NCBI GenBank assembly: GCA_958296135.2
Contig: CATQHZ020000001.1
Span: 32,001 to 96,000, forward strand
From: an uncultured Poribacteria bacterium
GTDB taxonomy: Bacteria > Poribacteria > WGA-4E > WGA-3G
Length of the DNA: 64,000 bases
Direction of reading: 5' to 3'
Each line of letters starts with the position of its first letter. Position 1 is the stretch's first letter. Shown piece after piece: positions 1-10,242 of the stretch. The notes under the pieces were generated by a model, which was not told the origin of the DNA, ran no database searches, and saw only the letters and a program-made list of their open reading frames with translations. The position numbers and the translations under genes were made by a program.

Positions 1-884
1 CCAAACGGAGAGCCGGCACTGTAATCGACAGCGATGTGGGTGCGTTCGCCGACACGCCCGTGCAAGCCGAACTGCTGTGACTGCCGCATGTTAAAGCCGG
101 AGGCGCGCGGGACACCGCTTCTGTACCCGCCGTAGCCGCCAAATCCGCCGCCGTAGCTGCTGCCGCCATAGCTGCCGCCGTAGCTGCTGCCGCCGTAGCC
201 GCCGCCGTAGCCGCCGCCGTAGGTGTCGCCAAATCCGGTGCTGCCGTACCCGAAATCGTCGTAACTGTAGGAGGAGGTTAAACCGAGGTCGAGTCCGGAA
301 CTGTACCCGCCGTAGCCGCCGCCGTAGCCGTAGCCACCATAGCGGTTCAGATCGCCGTCACCGAAATAGTGCGTCTTGTTTACCTCCACGGTGACAGATT
401 GGAAGCCGGTGATCTGGAGGTTGGAATCCATAGGGAGCGCGATACCCTTTTCGTCGCGCTTCTTTCTCGGTTTCCACGTGTCAAGTTCGTCGAGTTTGAT
501 AAGCCTGGGGGCATACCTCCATCGGCGGAGGCTTTCGAGGTAAGCGTCTAGCGGCTCTTCTGGCTCCCCAGATGCTTCTTTCTCGTCTGCAGGTTCGTCA
601 TCACCCAGTGTGAGCGGGCTCTGCCAATCCGTTTGCCAAAGAAAAAAAGGGCTTTCTGCCTGGCGCGAACCGGCGTTCGGCATCTTCTGGGCCGATGACG
701 TTGCCGCATCGGGCCGAAAAAACGTTGTTTTTTCGGCCCGGTCTGGTTGAAGCGTTGGGCTCGCGTCGGGCGCGGATTTGGCAGGGGCAAGCAAGGGCAG
801 AAAAAATAGTAAGTGTAAAAAAACCACTACCTTTAAAACCCTTTTAGGGGTGCAATATTTACGGAAGACCCCGGGGGCGTTCAC
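1..884 (-). CDS. 5' part of a large exported protein, possibly SprA/Sov-like, with a Gly/Tyr-rich insert; runs off the window
   Basis: Not in the ORF track. Manual translation from GTG 884 is open to the window edge: signal-like VVFLHLLFFLPLLAPAKSA, then LPMDSNLQITGFQSVTVEV, GGYGG repeats and GFNMRQSQQFGLHGRVGERTHIAVDY, which resembles the SprA N-terminal region. Confidence 0.55.
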   Translation of the reverse strand, partial: MNAPGVFRKYCTPKRVLKVVVFLHLLFFLPLLAPAKSAPDASPTLQPDRAEKTTFFRPDAATSSAQKMPNAGSRQAESPFFLWQTDWQSPLTLGDDEPADEKEASGEPEEPLDAYLESLRRWRYAPRLIKLDELDTWKPRKKRDEKGIALPMDSNLQITGFQSVTVEVNKTHYFGDGDLNRYGGYGYGGGYGGYSSGLDLGLTSSYSYDDFGYGSTGFGDTYGGGYGGGYGGSSYGGSYGGSSYGGGFGGYGGYRSGVPRASGFNMRQSQQFGLHGRVGERTHIAVDYSAGSPF

Positions 885-991
885 AGAAAATGTTCGGTTC
901 AAGGAAGAATGCTCCGATTCTGATTGTTGCGTAATTTGAAAGATATAACGAAAAGCGGCGGATAGAAGTTTACTTAGCTGGAAATAAAAAC

Positions 992-1019
992 TTGACATAT
1001 CGTGACTGATGTGGATAAT
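992..1019 (+). promoter_or_regulatory. sigma70-like promoter
   Basis: TTGACA-N16-GATAAT. Confidence 0.45.
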
Positions 1020-1118
1020 ATGACGTTAATGTCATTCGTATCGTCTCTGTAGGGCAGGGCCAGTGTTGATTTTCACCAATGACATCAAAAACCGAAAACT
1101 AAATCGTCCTGCCGCAAG

Positions 1119-1211
1119 AAACATAAGACTTGACAACGTCAAGACACCCTGGTAAATTAACCTAAACACCCCAAAAAACCTCCGCCGAACGCATTGCGAA
1201 CGACAAAAAAC
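1119..1211 (+). repeat. ~95-bp dispersed repeat (TTGACAACGTCAA core), copy A, abutting ATG 1212
   Basis: aagacTTGACAACGTCAAgacaccctggtaa...ccgaacgcattgcgaacgacaaaaaacATG; aligns with copies B-I. Confidence 0.8.
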
Positions 1212-3179
1212 ATGCAAACAAACGTCTCTGCCTTAACCCGCGGTGTCACGTTCCGAGCCGTCGCGCTGGCACTCATACTTATCCCGATTAACTGCTATTG
1301 GATTATGTATACGGAGATGGTCTGGTGGGGTCTCTTCCCTACCACAATGTCGCTCTTTTTCAATGCAGTTTTCTTTCTTTTTTGCCTCACGTTCCTCAAT
1401 CTGCTTCTGGCAAACACCGTAGACGCAGTTTCCAACCGCGCCTCCCGGAACGGACACAAGCAGGAACGGACGCGATGGGCATTGACGCATAGCGAGCTCC
1501 TCGTCATCTACATCATGCTATGCATGGCAAGTGCCGTCGCATCGCACGACCACGCGCAAGTCCTTATCCCGATGATAGGACACGTCTTCTGGTTTGATAC
1601 ACCCGAGAACGAATGGCGCGAACTCCTTTACCGGTACATGCCAGAATGGGCAACCGTCCAAGACAAACAGATTTTGGAGGGATTTTATGAAGGACAAACA
1701 ACGCTTTACCGCGCCGAAGTGCTGCAGGCATGGCTCGGGCCTGCGTTGTGGTGGACTAGTTTTATCGTGGTGCTTTTGCTCGTGATGGTATGCATCAACG
1801 TCGTCCTACGCAAGCAGTGGACAGAACGTGAGAAACTCGCCTATCCTATTATCCAGCTACCCTTGGAAATGACGCGGCACAGCGGTGCCAACTTCTTCCG
1901 CGGCGGTCCCTTTTGGACAGCCTTCATCCTCGTCTCCCTTTTGAATCTTATCAACGGGCTCAGTTATCTGTTCCCGACGATACCTATCCTCGGCGTGCGG
2001 TTTCGGAATATCAGCCACTTTTTCACGGAGAAACCGTGGAATGCTATCGGGTGGACTCCGTTTTCCATCTATCCGTTCGTCATCGGGCTCGGATTTTTCA
2101 TGCCGTTAGAGCTATCGTTTTCTTGCTGGTTTTTTTACCTGTTTCGCAAGATGCAGCGCATTGTTGGCGCGATTCTCGGCGTGCGAGGACTCCCGGGATT
2201 TCCGTATGACCGGCAGCAATCCCTCGGCGCATATTTGGGGCTCGCCATTTTCGCGCTCTGGGCCAGCCGAAAATACCTCGCCGAAGTCTTCAAGCAGGTG
2301 ACAACGGGACGCTCGAACCTTGACGAATCGGTTGAGCCGATGCGCTACCGGACTGCGCTCGCCGGCATAGTGCTCGGATGCATCTATCTCATCGCCTTTT
2401 CTGTGAAAATAGGCATCAGCATTACGCTCGGCATCGCCTTTTTCGCAATATATTTTGCGCTGTCAATAGGCATCACGCGGATGCGGGTTGAATCCGGTGC
2501 ACCCGCGCACGATTTGCATTTCATGGGCCCTGATTACGCGCTCCCGGCAATTTTAGGCTCACGCCGAATGGGCGGCTCGAATCTCACCGCGCTGTCCTTC
2601 CTCTTCTTCTTTAATCGCGCGCACCGCAGTCATCCGATGCCGCATCAATTAGAGGGATTTCAACTCGCCTCCCGCGCGCGGTTTAATCCGAAGCCGTTGG
2701 TGTGGGCGATGCTGCTCGCCGTGTTCGTCGGTTCGATTGCATCGTTCTGGGCATATCTGCACGATGTCTACCGCTTCGGTTCCGCGGGAAGTTTCGCGCG
2801 GCATCCGTTCAATCGCCTGCAACAGCAACTCAATTTCCCTACCGGCACCAACATTCCTGAAGTGACATTTATGGGCATCGGCATGGGGTTCACCTTCCTA
2901 CTGATGTTTTTACGGATGCGGTTTTTCTGGTGGCCCTTCCACGCCGTTGGGTATGCTGTCTCCGGTGCCGCGGACTGGTGCATGAATTGGCTCTGGAGCT
3001 CCCTCGTCATTAGCACGGTAGCGAAATGGCTCATCATCAAGCAGGGCGGCTTGCAGTTGCATCGGAAGGCGGTACCTTTTTTCCTCGGCTTAATTCTGGG
3101 AGAATTCGTCGCGGGCAGTCTATGGAGTTTTTTCGGCATGGCGACAGAAACGCGGATATTTCCGTTTAAGGATTGGTGA
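1212..3179 (+). CDS. DUF6785/DUF6784-like polytopic membrane protein (putative peptide transporter)
   Basis: Many TM segments; motifs QWTEREKLAYPIIQLP, HPMPHQLE, WWPFHAVGY; paralogue of 51603-53615. Confidence 0.75.
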   Translation: MQTNVSALTRGVTFRAVALALILIPINCYWIMYTEMVWWGLFPTTMSLFFNAVFFLFCLTFLNLLLANTVDAVSNRASRNGHKQERTRWALTHSELLVIYIMLCMASAVASHDHAQVLIPMIGHVFWFDTPENEWRELLYRYMPEWATVQDKQILEGFYEGQTTLYRAEVLQAWLGPALWWTSFIVVLLLVMVCINVVLRKQWTEREKLAYPIIQLPLEMTRHSGANFFRGGPFWTAFILVSLLNLINGLSYLFPTIPILGVRFRNISHFFTEKPWNAIGWTPFSIYPFVIGLGFFMPLELSFSCWFFYLFRKMQRIVGAILGVRGLPGFPYDRQQSLGAYLGLAIFALWASRKYLAEVFKQVTTGRSNLDESVEPMRYRTALAGIVLGCIYLIAFSVKIGISITLGIAFFAIYFALSIGITRMRVESGAPAHDLHFMGPDYALPAILGSRRMGGSNLTALSFLFFFNRAHRSHPMPHQLEGFQLASRARFNPKPLVWAMLLAVFVGSIASFWAYLHDVYRFGSAGSFARHPFNRLQQQLNFPTGTNIPEVTFMGIGMGFTFLLMFLRMRFFWWPFHAVGYAVSGAADWCMNWLWSSLVISTVAKWLIIKQGGLQLHRKAVPFFLGLILGEFVAGSLWSFFGMATETRIFPFKDW

Positions 3180-3255
3180 CGCACGACACCTGTAAGGGCC
3201 GAGAAAGATATCCACCTTTATAGAACGAAATCAGCTGGGATACGCGAAAAAATAG

Positions 3256-3284
3256 TTGACATCCGTGCAAAAATGCGGTATAAT
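3256..3284 (+). promoter_or_regulatory. consensus sigma70 promoter upstream of argF-thrC
   Basis: TTGACA-N17-TATAAT. Confidence 0.8.
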
Positions 3285-3345
3285 TAACATTTCTTATTGA
3301 CACTGTATGGACAGATTTCTCTCTCTGTCCGTTTTCTGGAGACAA

Positions 3346-4299
3346 ATGATGCATCTCATTAACCTCAAAAATTGGACACAAACGGATATTCTGGATACCG
3401 TCGAAAACGGAATTCACATCAAAACCTATCCTGAAAAATATTGGCACGTTGCCCGTGGGACGAACCTTGCGCTGCTATTCCAAAAAACCTCAACGCGTAC
3501 TCGGTGCGCCGGCGAAATCGGAATCACACAACTCGGCGGGCATGCACACTACCTTGACTGGCGCACGACGAACTTCGGACTCGCTGACCTCGGTGACGAA
3601 ATACGCGTCCTGTCGGCGTATGTCGATGTCATCTTAGCCCGGTTCTTGGAACATGCCGACATCGCCACGGCTGCCGAAGCCGCTGATGTCCCTATCATTA
3701 ACGGATGTTGCGACAGGTATCATCCGACGCAAGCACTCGGCGATTTGATGACAATTCAGGAGACCTTGGGTAAATTGGAAGGCGTTAAATTGTGCTTCAT
3801 CGGTGTTCATAACAACGTCTGCAATTCGCTCATCGCCGCCGGGATGAAGGTGGGCCTTGAAGTCACCGTCGTTGCCCCCGAAGTCAACCCCGCCGCCGAG
3901 GATAAGGCTCTCTGGGAAGCGGCAGAACGGAAGGGCACCTACAAGCCTGTCCGACTCGGAGAAACCTCGGGGCCCGGGACCCCGTGCCGCGTGCGGGAAG
4001 CCATCGCCACGAGCGATATCGTCTACACAGACACGTGGATAGACATGGAATTCTTCACCGACCCGAGTTTCGCTGAAGAACGGAAACGGCGTTTGGAAAA
4101 GATGAGTCCCTATCAGTTGAACGCGTCCCTGCTTGAAGGGCACGAGTGCCGGATTATGCACTGCCTGCCGGCGCATCGCGGTTATGAAATCGCCGGTGAG
4201 CTGCTTGACGATGAACGTTCACTCATCTTCCAGCAATCCGAAAACCGCCTCCACAGCATGAAAGCGGTGCTGCTAAAGGTGCTATCCACCGGGGTGTAG
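3346..4299 (+). CDS. argF: ornithine carbamoyltransferase
   Basis: STRTR, HPTQ, YTDTW and HCLP motifs. Confidence 0.88.
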   Translation: MMHLINLKNWTQTDILDTVENGIHIKTYPEKYWHVARGTNLALLFQKTSTRTRCAGEIGITQLGGHAHYLDWRTTNFGLADLGDEIRVLSAYVDVILARFLEHADIATAAEAADVPIINGCCDRYHPTQALGDLMTIQETLGKLEGVKLCFIGVHNNVCNSLIAAGMKVGLEVTVVAPEVNPAAEDKALWEAAERKGTYKPVRLGETSGPGTPCRVREAIATSDIVYTDTWIDMEFFTDPSFAEERKRRLEKMSPYQLNASLLEGHECRIMHCLPAHRGYEIAGELLDDERSLIFQQSENRLHSMKAVLLKVLSTGV

Positions 4300-4355
4300 G
4301 GAGCTGTTCCCCGATAAGGTATTAACTCCTGTTTACAGGAGATAACACTTCAACC

Positions 4356-5501
4356 ATGAAAACCAACTTACATCACCTTGAATGTAGCAAATGCGGGAAA
4401 ACTTATCCGCACACCGTCCCACAGAACGTCTGTCCTCTGTGCGGGAAACCGTTATTTGCGCGCTATTCCCTTGAGACGACATGGAAACGCGAAGCACTTT
4501 CGTCCAGGGCCCCGACGCTGTGGCGTTACCGGGAACTCCTACCGGTCAGCGATGAGGCCGACATCGTCTCGCTTGGCGAAACGATGACACCGCTCATCCA
4601 CGCCAAAAGGCTCGGCGCAGCGGTGGGTTCGCTGACAGAGGTATGGATAAAAGATGAATCGCGCCTGCCGACGGGCAGTTTCAAGTCGCGCGGCTTGGCG
4701 ATGGCGGTTTCCATGGCGAAGGCACTCGGGCTCACACAACTCGCTATTCCTTCTGCTGGCAATGCGGCGACAGCACTCTCACTTTACGCCGCCGCTGCGG
4801 GCATCACCGCGCATATCTTCATGCCGAAGGATACACCCGCTTTTAACAGGATGTCCTGCAGACTCGCGGGCGCGAACGTCACGCTCATCGATGGATTAAT
4901 CTCGGATGCCGGTAGAATTGTAGCGGAACGGAAAACCGCTGAAGGGTGGTTTGACGTATCTACCCTTAAGGAACCTTATCGCGTGGAAGGCAAAAAGACG
5001 ATGGGATTTGAACTCGCCGAGCAATGCGGATGGGAGCTGCCAGATGTCATCATCTATCCTACCGGCGGCGGCACCGGCATTGTCGGGATGTGGAAGGGGT
5101 TCGCGGAATTGGAGGCACTCGGCTGGATTAGCAAGAAACGGCCGCGATTCATCGCCGTGCAAGCGGCGGGCTGTGCCCCGATTGTCAAGGCATGGGAAGA
5201 AGGCTCGCCGGAAGCAGAACCGTGGCCGGATGCGCACACCATCGCAAGTGGATTGCGCGTGCCGCAGGCAATCGGCGACTTTCTCATATTGGCGGCGATT
5301 CGCGAAAGTGGCGGGGCAGCAATCGCTGTCACAGACGATGCTATCCGCGAGGCGATGCATCTGCTCCCAGCAACCGAAGGACTCTTGACGTGCCCTGAAG
5401 GCGCGGCGACTGTCGCCGCACTCAAACAGGCGGTAGCAAACGGAAAAGTCGCGCCTTATGAGCGCATTGTGCTATTTAACACAGGCGGTTATCAGGGATA
5501 G
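4356..5501 (+). CDS. thrC: threonine synthase (PLP fold II, N-terminal Zn ribbon)
   Basis: PTGSFKSRG, SAGNA, EGKKT, PTGGGTG, FNTG; CxxC...CxxC N-terminus. Confidence 0.85.
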   Translation: MKTNLHHLECSKCGKTYPHTVPQNVCPLCGKPLFARYSLETTWKREALSSRAPTLWRYRELLPVSDEADIVSLGETMTPLIHAKRLGAAVGSLTEVWIKDESRLPTGSFKSRGLAMAVSMAKALGLTQLAIPSAGNAATALSLYAAAAGITAHIFMPKDTPAFNRMSCRLAGANVTLIDGLISDAGRIVAERKTAEGWFDVSTLKEPYRVEGKKTMGFELAEQCGWELPDVIIYPTGGGTGIVGMWKGFAELEALGWISKKRPRFIAVQAAGCAPIVKAWEEGSPEAEPWPDAHTIASGLRVPQAIGDFLILAAIRESGGAAIAVTDDAIREAMHLLPATEGLLTCPEGAATVAALKQAVANGKVAPYERIVLFNTGGYQG

Positions 5502-5553
5502 CAAAAAACGCGATAGGCGCGCTTTCAAAGCACGCCTACCGGGAGAAGTTCGG

Positions 5554-6291
5554 TTATTTATCTCGCTCAAGATAATCGTAGGTGGGTTTCCCACCTTCTT
5601 CACTAGCAGCAGGTGCTTCCGGTTTGCCAATGCGGTAACCGACGCGGTATTGGCGCACCGAGATGATCGGATAGGGCCCATCGAACCCGGTGATGGTGCC
5701 CTGCACTTCGACCTCTTTCTCGTTATCGGCGGCATCGATGCGCAGCTGATCGAATTCGGCACTCGCGCTGAAAACGAACTTCTGGTCTTCGCTACCTGCC
5801 GTCATCGCGTGATGGATGTTAGAGGTATCGGGCCGCCAACGCCGCCACGATGGCACATTCCGGATGTAACTCCGGGCGAAGCCGGGGTGTTCAAACATTT
5901 CGCCTCGGATAGTCGCCTCGGTTTTGAGGACGCGGGAATGCCCGAGCCCATGCCGGCCCCGGAAGCGCGAATCACTGAGCTGACGGATAATGTCATGCAC
6001 GTCAAACGTGTGCGTCTCACTGTATTTAGAGACACCTTGCCGCGGTTTGACTTCAACAAGCGTTGTGAAGAGCCGCTTTTTCCCGTTCTTGCCAATAGGG
6101 GTAGAGAAAGTGATGTCTTCGGCATCCGCCCACGGCTCTAACAACCGGCGGATCTGACGAGCGTCCGCGTTGCTAACGACATCGGAAATCTCTATCTTCA
6201 ACGTTGCCACTTCAGCCATGCTCAACGCGCTAATTCCGACAAGCAGAAGTAGCACGGCAAAGGTGAAGCAGTAGAAATGTGTCCGTTTCAT
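5554..6291 (-). CDS. hypothetical exported protein
   Basis: Signal peptide MKRTHFYCFTFAVLLLLVG; GGAGG-type SD upstream; 245 aa. Confidence 0.7.
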   Translation of the reverse strand: MKRTHFYCFTFAVLLLLVGISALSMAEVATLKIEISDVVSNADARQIRRLLEPWADAEDITFSTPIGKNGKKRLFTTLVEVKPRQGVSKYSETHTFDVHDIIRQLSDSRFRGRHGLGHSRVLKTEATIRGEMFEHPGFARSYIRNVPSWRRWRPDTSNIHHAMTAGSEDQKFVFSASAEFDQLRIDAADNEKEVEVQGTITGFDGPYPIISVRQYRVGYRIGKPEAPAASEEGGKPTYDYLERDK

Positions 6292-6446
6292 TGGGACTTC
6301 CTCCCTTTGAACATTTCAGGATGGACGCAGCACTTCCGCCGTAGGCGCAATTCAAAACCGCGCCTACCAGCACGTGTCAATTTTTGCGTCGCTCCTGCAG
6401 TCTTTACCTTAATTATACACCATTCTCTAAAAAAAGTTGCAAAAAA

Positions 6447-9400
6447 ATGTCAGAACCGATTTACAACAACCGTTCCCTCTTTTCGAGTTATTATCTTGAG
6501 AAGGTAGTGACGGAACAAACCGATGCATCGCTCACGGATGTCTATGAACAGATTCAGCGACTCTACGCGCCCATCGCTGCGGATGCGTCTCGGCTGAACG
6601 AGGCACAGACAGAGGAGCTGTTCATTCGTCCCGTGCTCCGAATCCTCGGACACGCCTTTGTAGTGCAACCGATGCTTCGCACGGCGCAAGGCACGAAGCA
6701 ACCCGATTACGCCTTCTTCGCTGGCACCGAAGCGGTGGAGAAGGCGCGCCCATCGCTCAATACCGACGATTTTTTCAACACTGCTACCGCTATCGGTGAC
6801 GCGAAGGCATGGGGCCGAAATCTCGACCGGCGGTTGGACGGACCCGGCGACGCATTCTCGAATAGCAACCCAAACTATCAGATCGATTTCTACATCCGAA
6901 CAGCCGGACTGACGTGGGGGGTGCTCACCAACGGAAAGCAGTGGCGGCTCTATCATCGCAATACCAGCTACAAATTGGATAGTTTCTACGAAGTAGACCT
7001 GGGAGAGGTGCTAACTGATGACGACGTAAACGCTTTTCGCTATTTTTACTACTTTTTCCGCAAAGAGGCGTTCGCTCAAGAGGTTGCCGCTCGTCCCGTA
7101 GGGCGAAGGGCTGTCCCTCGCCATGATGTCTCAACCTTTTTAGATAACGTATTAACTGGCAGCGCACGCTACACCGTCGCCGTTTCGGATGACCTCGGGG
7201 ACAGAATCTATTCGGCGTTAGAGGCACTGATTAACGGATTTCTCGCCTATCCCGATAACCAGCTAATGAATAGCTGCCCCCCCCCACTTCACTTGCATTA
7301 ATACAATTAAACACCGAGTTGGACACTCTCCACGAAAATTGCCTCATCCTGCTCTATCGGCTCCTATTTATTCTGTATGCCGAAAGCCGCGGGCTGCTGC
7401 CGCTTGAGGATGCAGATTACCACGCAGCCTATAGTTTGGATGCGCTTGCCACCGAGGTCCACTCCGAACTTGATGCCCAGACAGAAATGCCTGCGCTGCG
7501 GAGTGACTACTGGGCGCGCCTCCAAGATTTGTTCCGGCTCATTGACAAAGGATGGGAGGAACGTATTCCGCAATATAACGGCGGGCTGTTTAATCCGGCG
7601 CGCCACCCGTTTTTAGAAGCCGCTAAAATCGGGAACGACGTGCTTGCCGAAGTCATTAATCTGCTCACGCGCACGAAGGCGAAGGAACGCATCGCCTACC
7701 AAGACCTGGCGATTCAGCACCTCGGCAATATTTACGAGGGATTGCTGGAATATAACGTCAGCGTGCAGGATGCACGGTTAGAAACCGCGCCTACGGAGGT
7801 GCGGTTAGTTCGCGACAAAAAAGAACGTAAGGCGAGCGGCAGTTACTATACCTCCGATGCAATCGTTCGCGCGATGGTTGAAGACGCGCTCGAACCGCTC
7901 TGCAACCGCAAGTCTTATGAGGAGATTCTCCGGCTCAAAGTGTTGGATCCGGCGATGGGCAGCGGGCACTTCCTCGTCGGCGCGATTGATTATCTCGCAC
8001 TCCAGTTGGCGACACACCCCGACGCGCCGCCTGTCCCTGCGCGCTTGGAAGGCGCGCCTACTGATAAGTTTGCAGACGACACGGACACCGAAATCGCCTA
8101 TTGGCGGCGGCGCATCGTAGAAACCTGTATCTACGGCGTAGATCTGAACCCGATGGCGGTGGAGTTGGCGAAAGTGTCGCTTTGGCTTCACACCGTGGCG
8201 AAAGACGAGCCGCTCTCCTTCTTGGCTCACCATATTCGTTGCGGGAATTCGTTGATTGGGGCGGATATCGCCGAGCTCGCCAATCTGCCAGTCTTGTCCA
8301 AACGTCGTCGCGCCGCCGAAACCCCGCAAACCGCGCTCACCATGGATTTCGGATGGACGGATACCGTCTCCGAAGCAGTGGGGCATTACCTCGTCATTGA
8401 GACGATGGAGAGCCAGACCGCGGACGATATCCATGCGATGGAGCAAGAGTTGCAGCTCGCGCAGCAGCGGCTCAGCCATCATAAGGCAATCGCGGATTTC
8501 TGGATGAGCGTCCATTTTGGCAATGCCGTTACGCCCGGCGATTACCGCGCGCTCACCACGGAAGAGACAGACGCACCTCTCCACGCGCTTGTCTATCAAG
8601 AAGCACGGGCATTGGCGGAACGCTACCGCTTTTTCCACTGGGAGATTGAGTTTCCTGAAGTCTTCCGCGATGCATCGGGACATGCATTGGCGAACCCCGG
8701 CTTCGATGCCATCATCGCCAATCCACCTTACGGCGCGAAGCTTGACTCGCACGAGAAGGCTTATCTCAAACGGGTTGCAAAAGAGACGCAGAATTTGAAC
8801 AGCGCGGCACTTTTCATTGACGCTGCTAAAAACCGCTTGCTGAAATCGGACGGTGTGCTTGCCTTCATCGTGCCGAAGTCGCTGTTGTATGTCGAAAGTT
8901 GGCGGAGTTTAGCGTTCGCGTTGCTCGACAAAACGCGGGTTTTGGTTGACGTTGAGGCGGCGTTCAAAAACGTCAAATTGGAGCAAGTGTTTTTCATCTA
9001 TGACATGCATCACGCTGCGGATTTTTACACGGCGCGCAAATTTGTCGATGAGACATGGATCCGCACCGTCGAAATTCCCACGTCCTATGTCAACGCCTTT
9101 CAAGCGTGGATTTGCGATGTATCGCCGGAAGAAATTCGTCTGGGGGAACGGATAAATCGCATTGGGACGTTTATGCGGGCTATTTCTCAGACGACTCGCG
9201 GTTTGTCTGTAGAGAGACTGCTGAAGCCTTCGGGTGATATTGCGTTAATCGGCGGCAAAAACATAAACCGCTACGGAGTTGAAGGCGTGAAAGGCTTTCT
9301 AAATAACGAAGCCCTTGACCGGACGAATAAGAAAGTGCAATCGCTACTTCAACCCAAAATTATCTCTCAGAAAATCGTAACGACGAGGAAGATTAACGCT

Positions 9401-9772
9401 ACTGTTGACAAAGCGGGGGATATATTGGGCGTGAATACCGTCGAAAATACCTTTATCACAGATGCAAACTTTCATCCGAATTTTATTGTCGCCTGTTTCA
9501 ACGCCACATTGGTGAATTGGTATGTCCACCGGTTTATCTATTGTTCGGCGAGGATGACGATGTTTTTTGACAACTACTATGTCGGCAAAATCCCGATTCC
9601 GGTTGTAAGTCTCGCGGAACAGCAGCCTATCGTTGAATTGGTAGAACGGGTTCTGGCGGCGAAACGGGAGGACCCGGATGCGGACACGTCTGCGCTGGAG
9701 CGGGAAATTGACGCGTTGGTTTACGCGCTTTACGGCGTGACGGACGAGGAGATTGCGGTTGTGGAGGGATGA
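6447..9772 (+). CDS. Type IIG/Eco57I-like restriction-modification fusion, frameshifted at poly-C9 (ORFs 6447-7301 and 7319-9772)
   Basis: N-terminal PDY...GDAK nuclease motif and LTNG.QWRLY; MTase GSYYT, DPAMGSGHF, NPPY; TRD-like C-terminus. C10 or C7 at 7277-7285 joins the two frames without a stop. Confidence 0.85.
7277..7285 (+). repeat. poly-C9 homopolymer at the R-M frameshift
   Basis: agctgCCCCCCCCCacttc. Confidence 0.9.
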
Positions 9773-9813
9773 CGCGGGCTCAGTGTGCCCGCGTCATGCG
9801 TTAGGGGTTGGCG

Positions 9814-10164
9814 TTAGGGGCCGTTATTTCGATGGGGTACCAGCATCCGTGTGACTTCATCGAGAGTTGCTGCTTGTGCGGCGGTGCGCAACAGCTGGTT
9901 GAGATGTTGCACATCGGTGATGCCCTCAAACAAGGGCTTTAGAAATTGCACATCCCTGTCTTGGAAGCGCGCGTCCAAGACATTCATGAGGGCATCGATA
10001 GCAGTGCCTCGCGCGCCTTGTTCCCTGCCGCGCGTCATGCCGAGTTCAATGCCTTCTTCTCGGCCTTCTTCCCGGCCGATTTCTTTTCCCTGTTGTAGTG
10101 CCTCGTGACGTGCTTCTTCCAGGGGCTGCTGCATGAGGCGTTGGAAAATGGATGTATGTCTCAC
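9814..10164 (-). CDS. free-standing copy of the Rpn C-terminal domain (RpnS-like)
   Basis: Near-identical to 10243-10617 minus one 24-bp repeat; own GGAGG SD and GTG start. Confidence 0.75.
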   Translation of the reverse strand: MRHTSIFQRLMQQPLEEARHEALQQGKEIGREEGREEGIELGMTRGREQGARGTAIDALMNVLDARFQDRDVQFLKPLFEGITDVQHLNQLLRTAAQAATLDEVTRMLVPHRNNGP

Positions 10165-10242
10165 GTTGTCCTCCGTAGTGCGAGTTCTGCCGAACCTGCG
10201 CGGTTTGAGATGCCCCGAACGCTAACGCCGCGGGTTGTTGCG

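Noticed and set aside
5458-6141. 227-aa plus-strand ORF
   Set aside because: Antisense to 5554-6291, which has an SD and a signal peptide.
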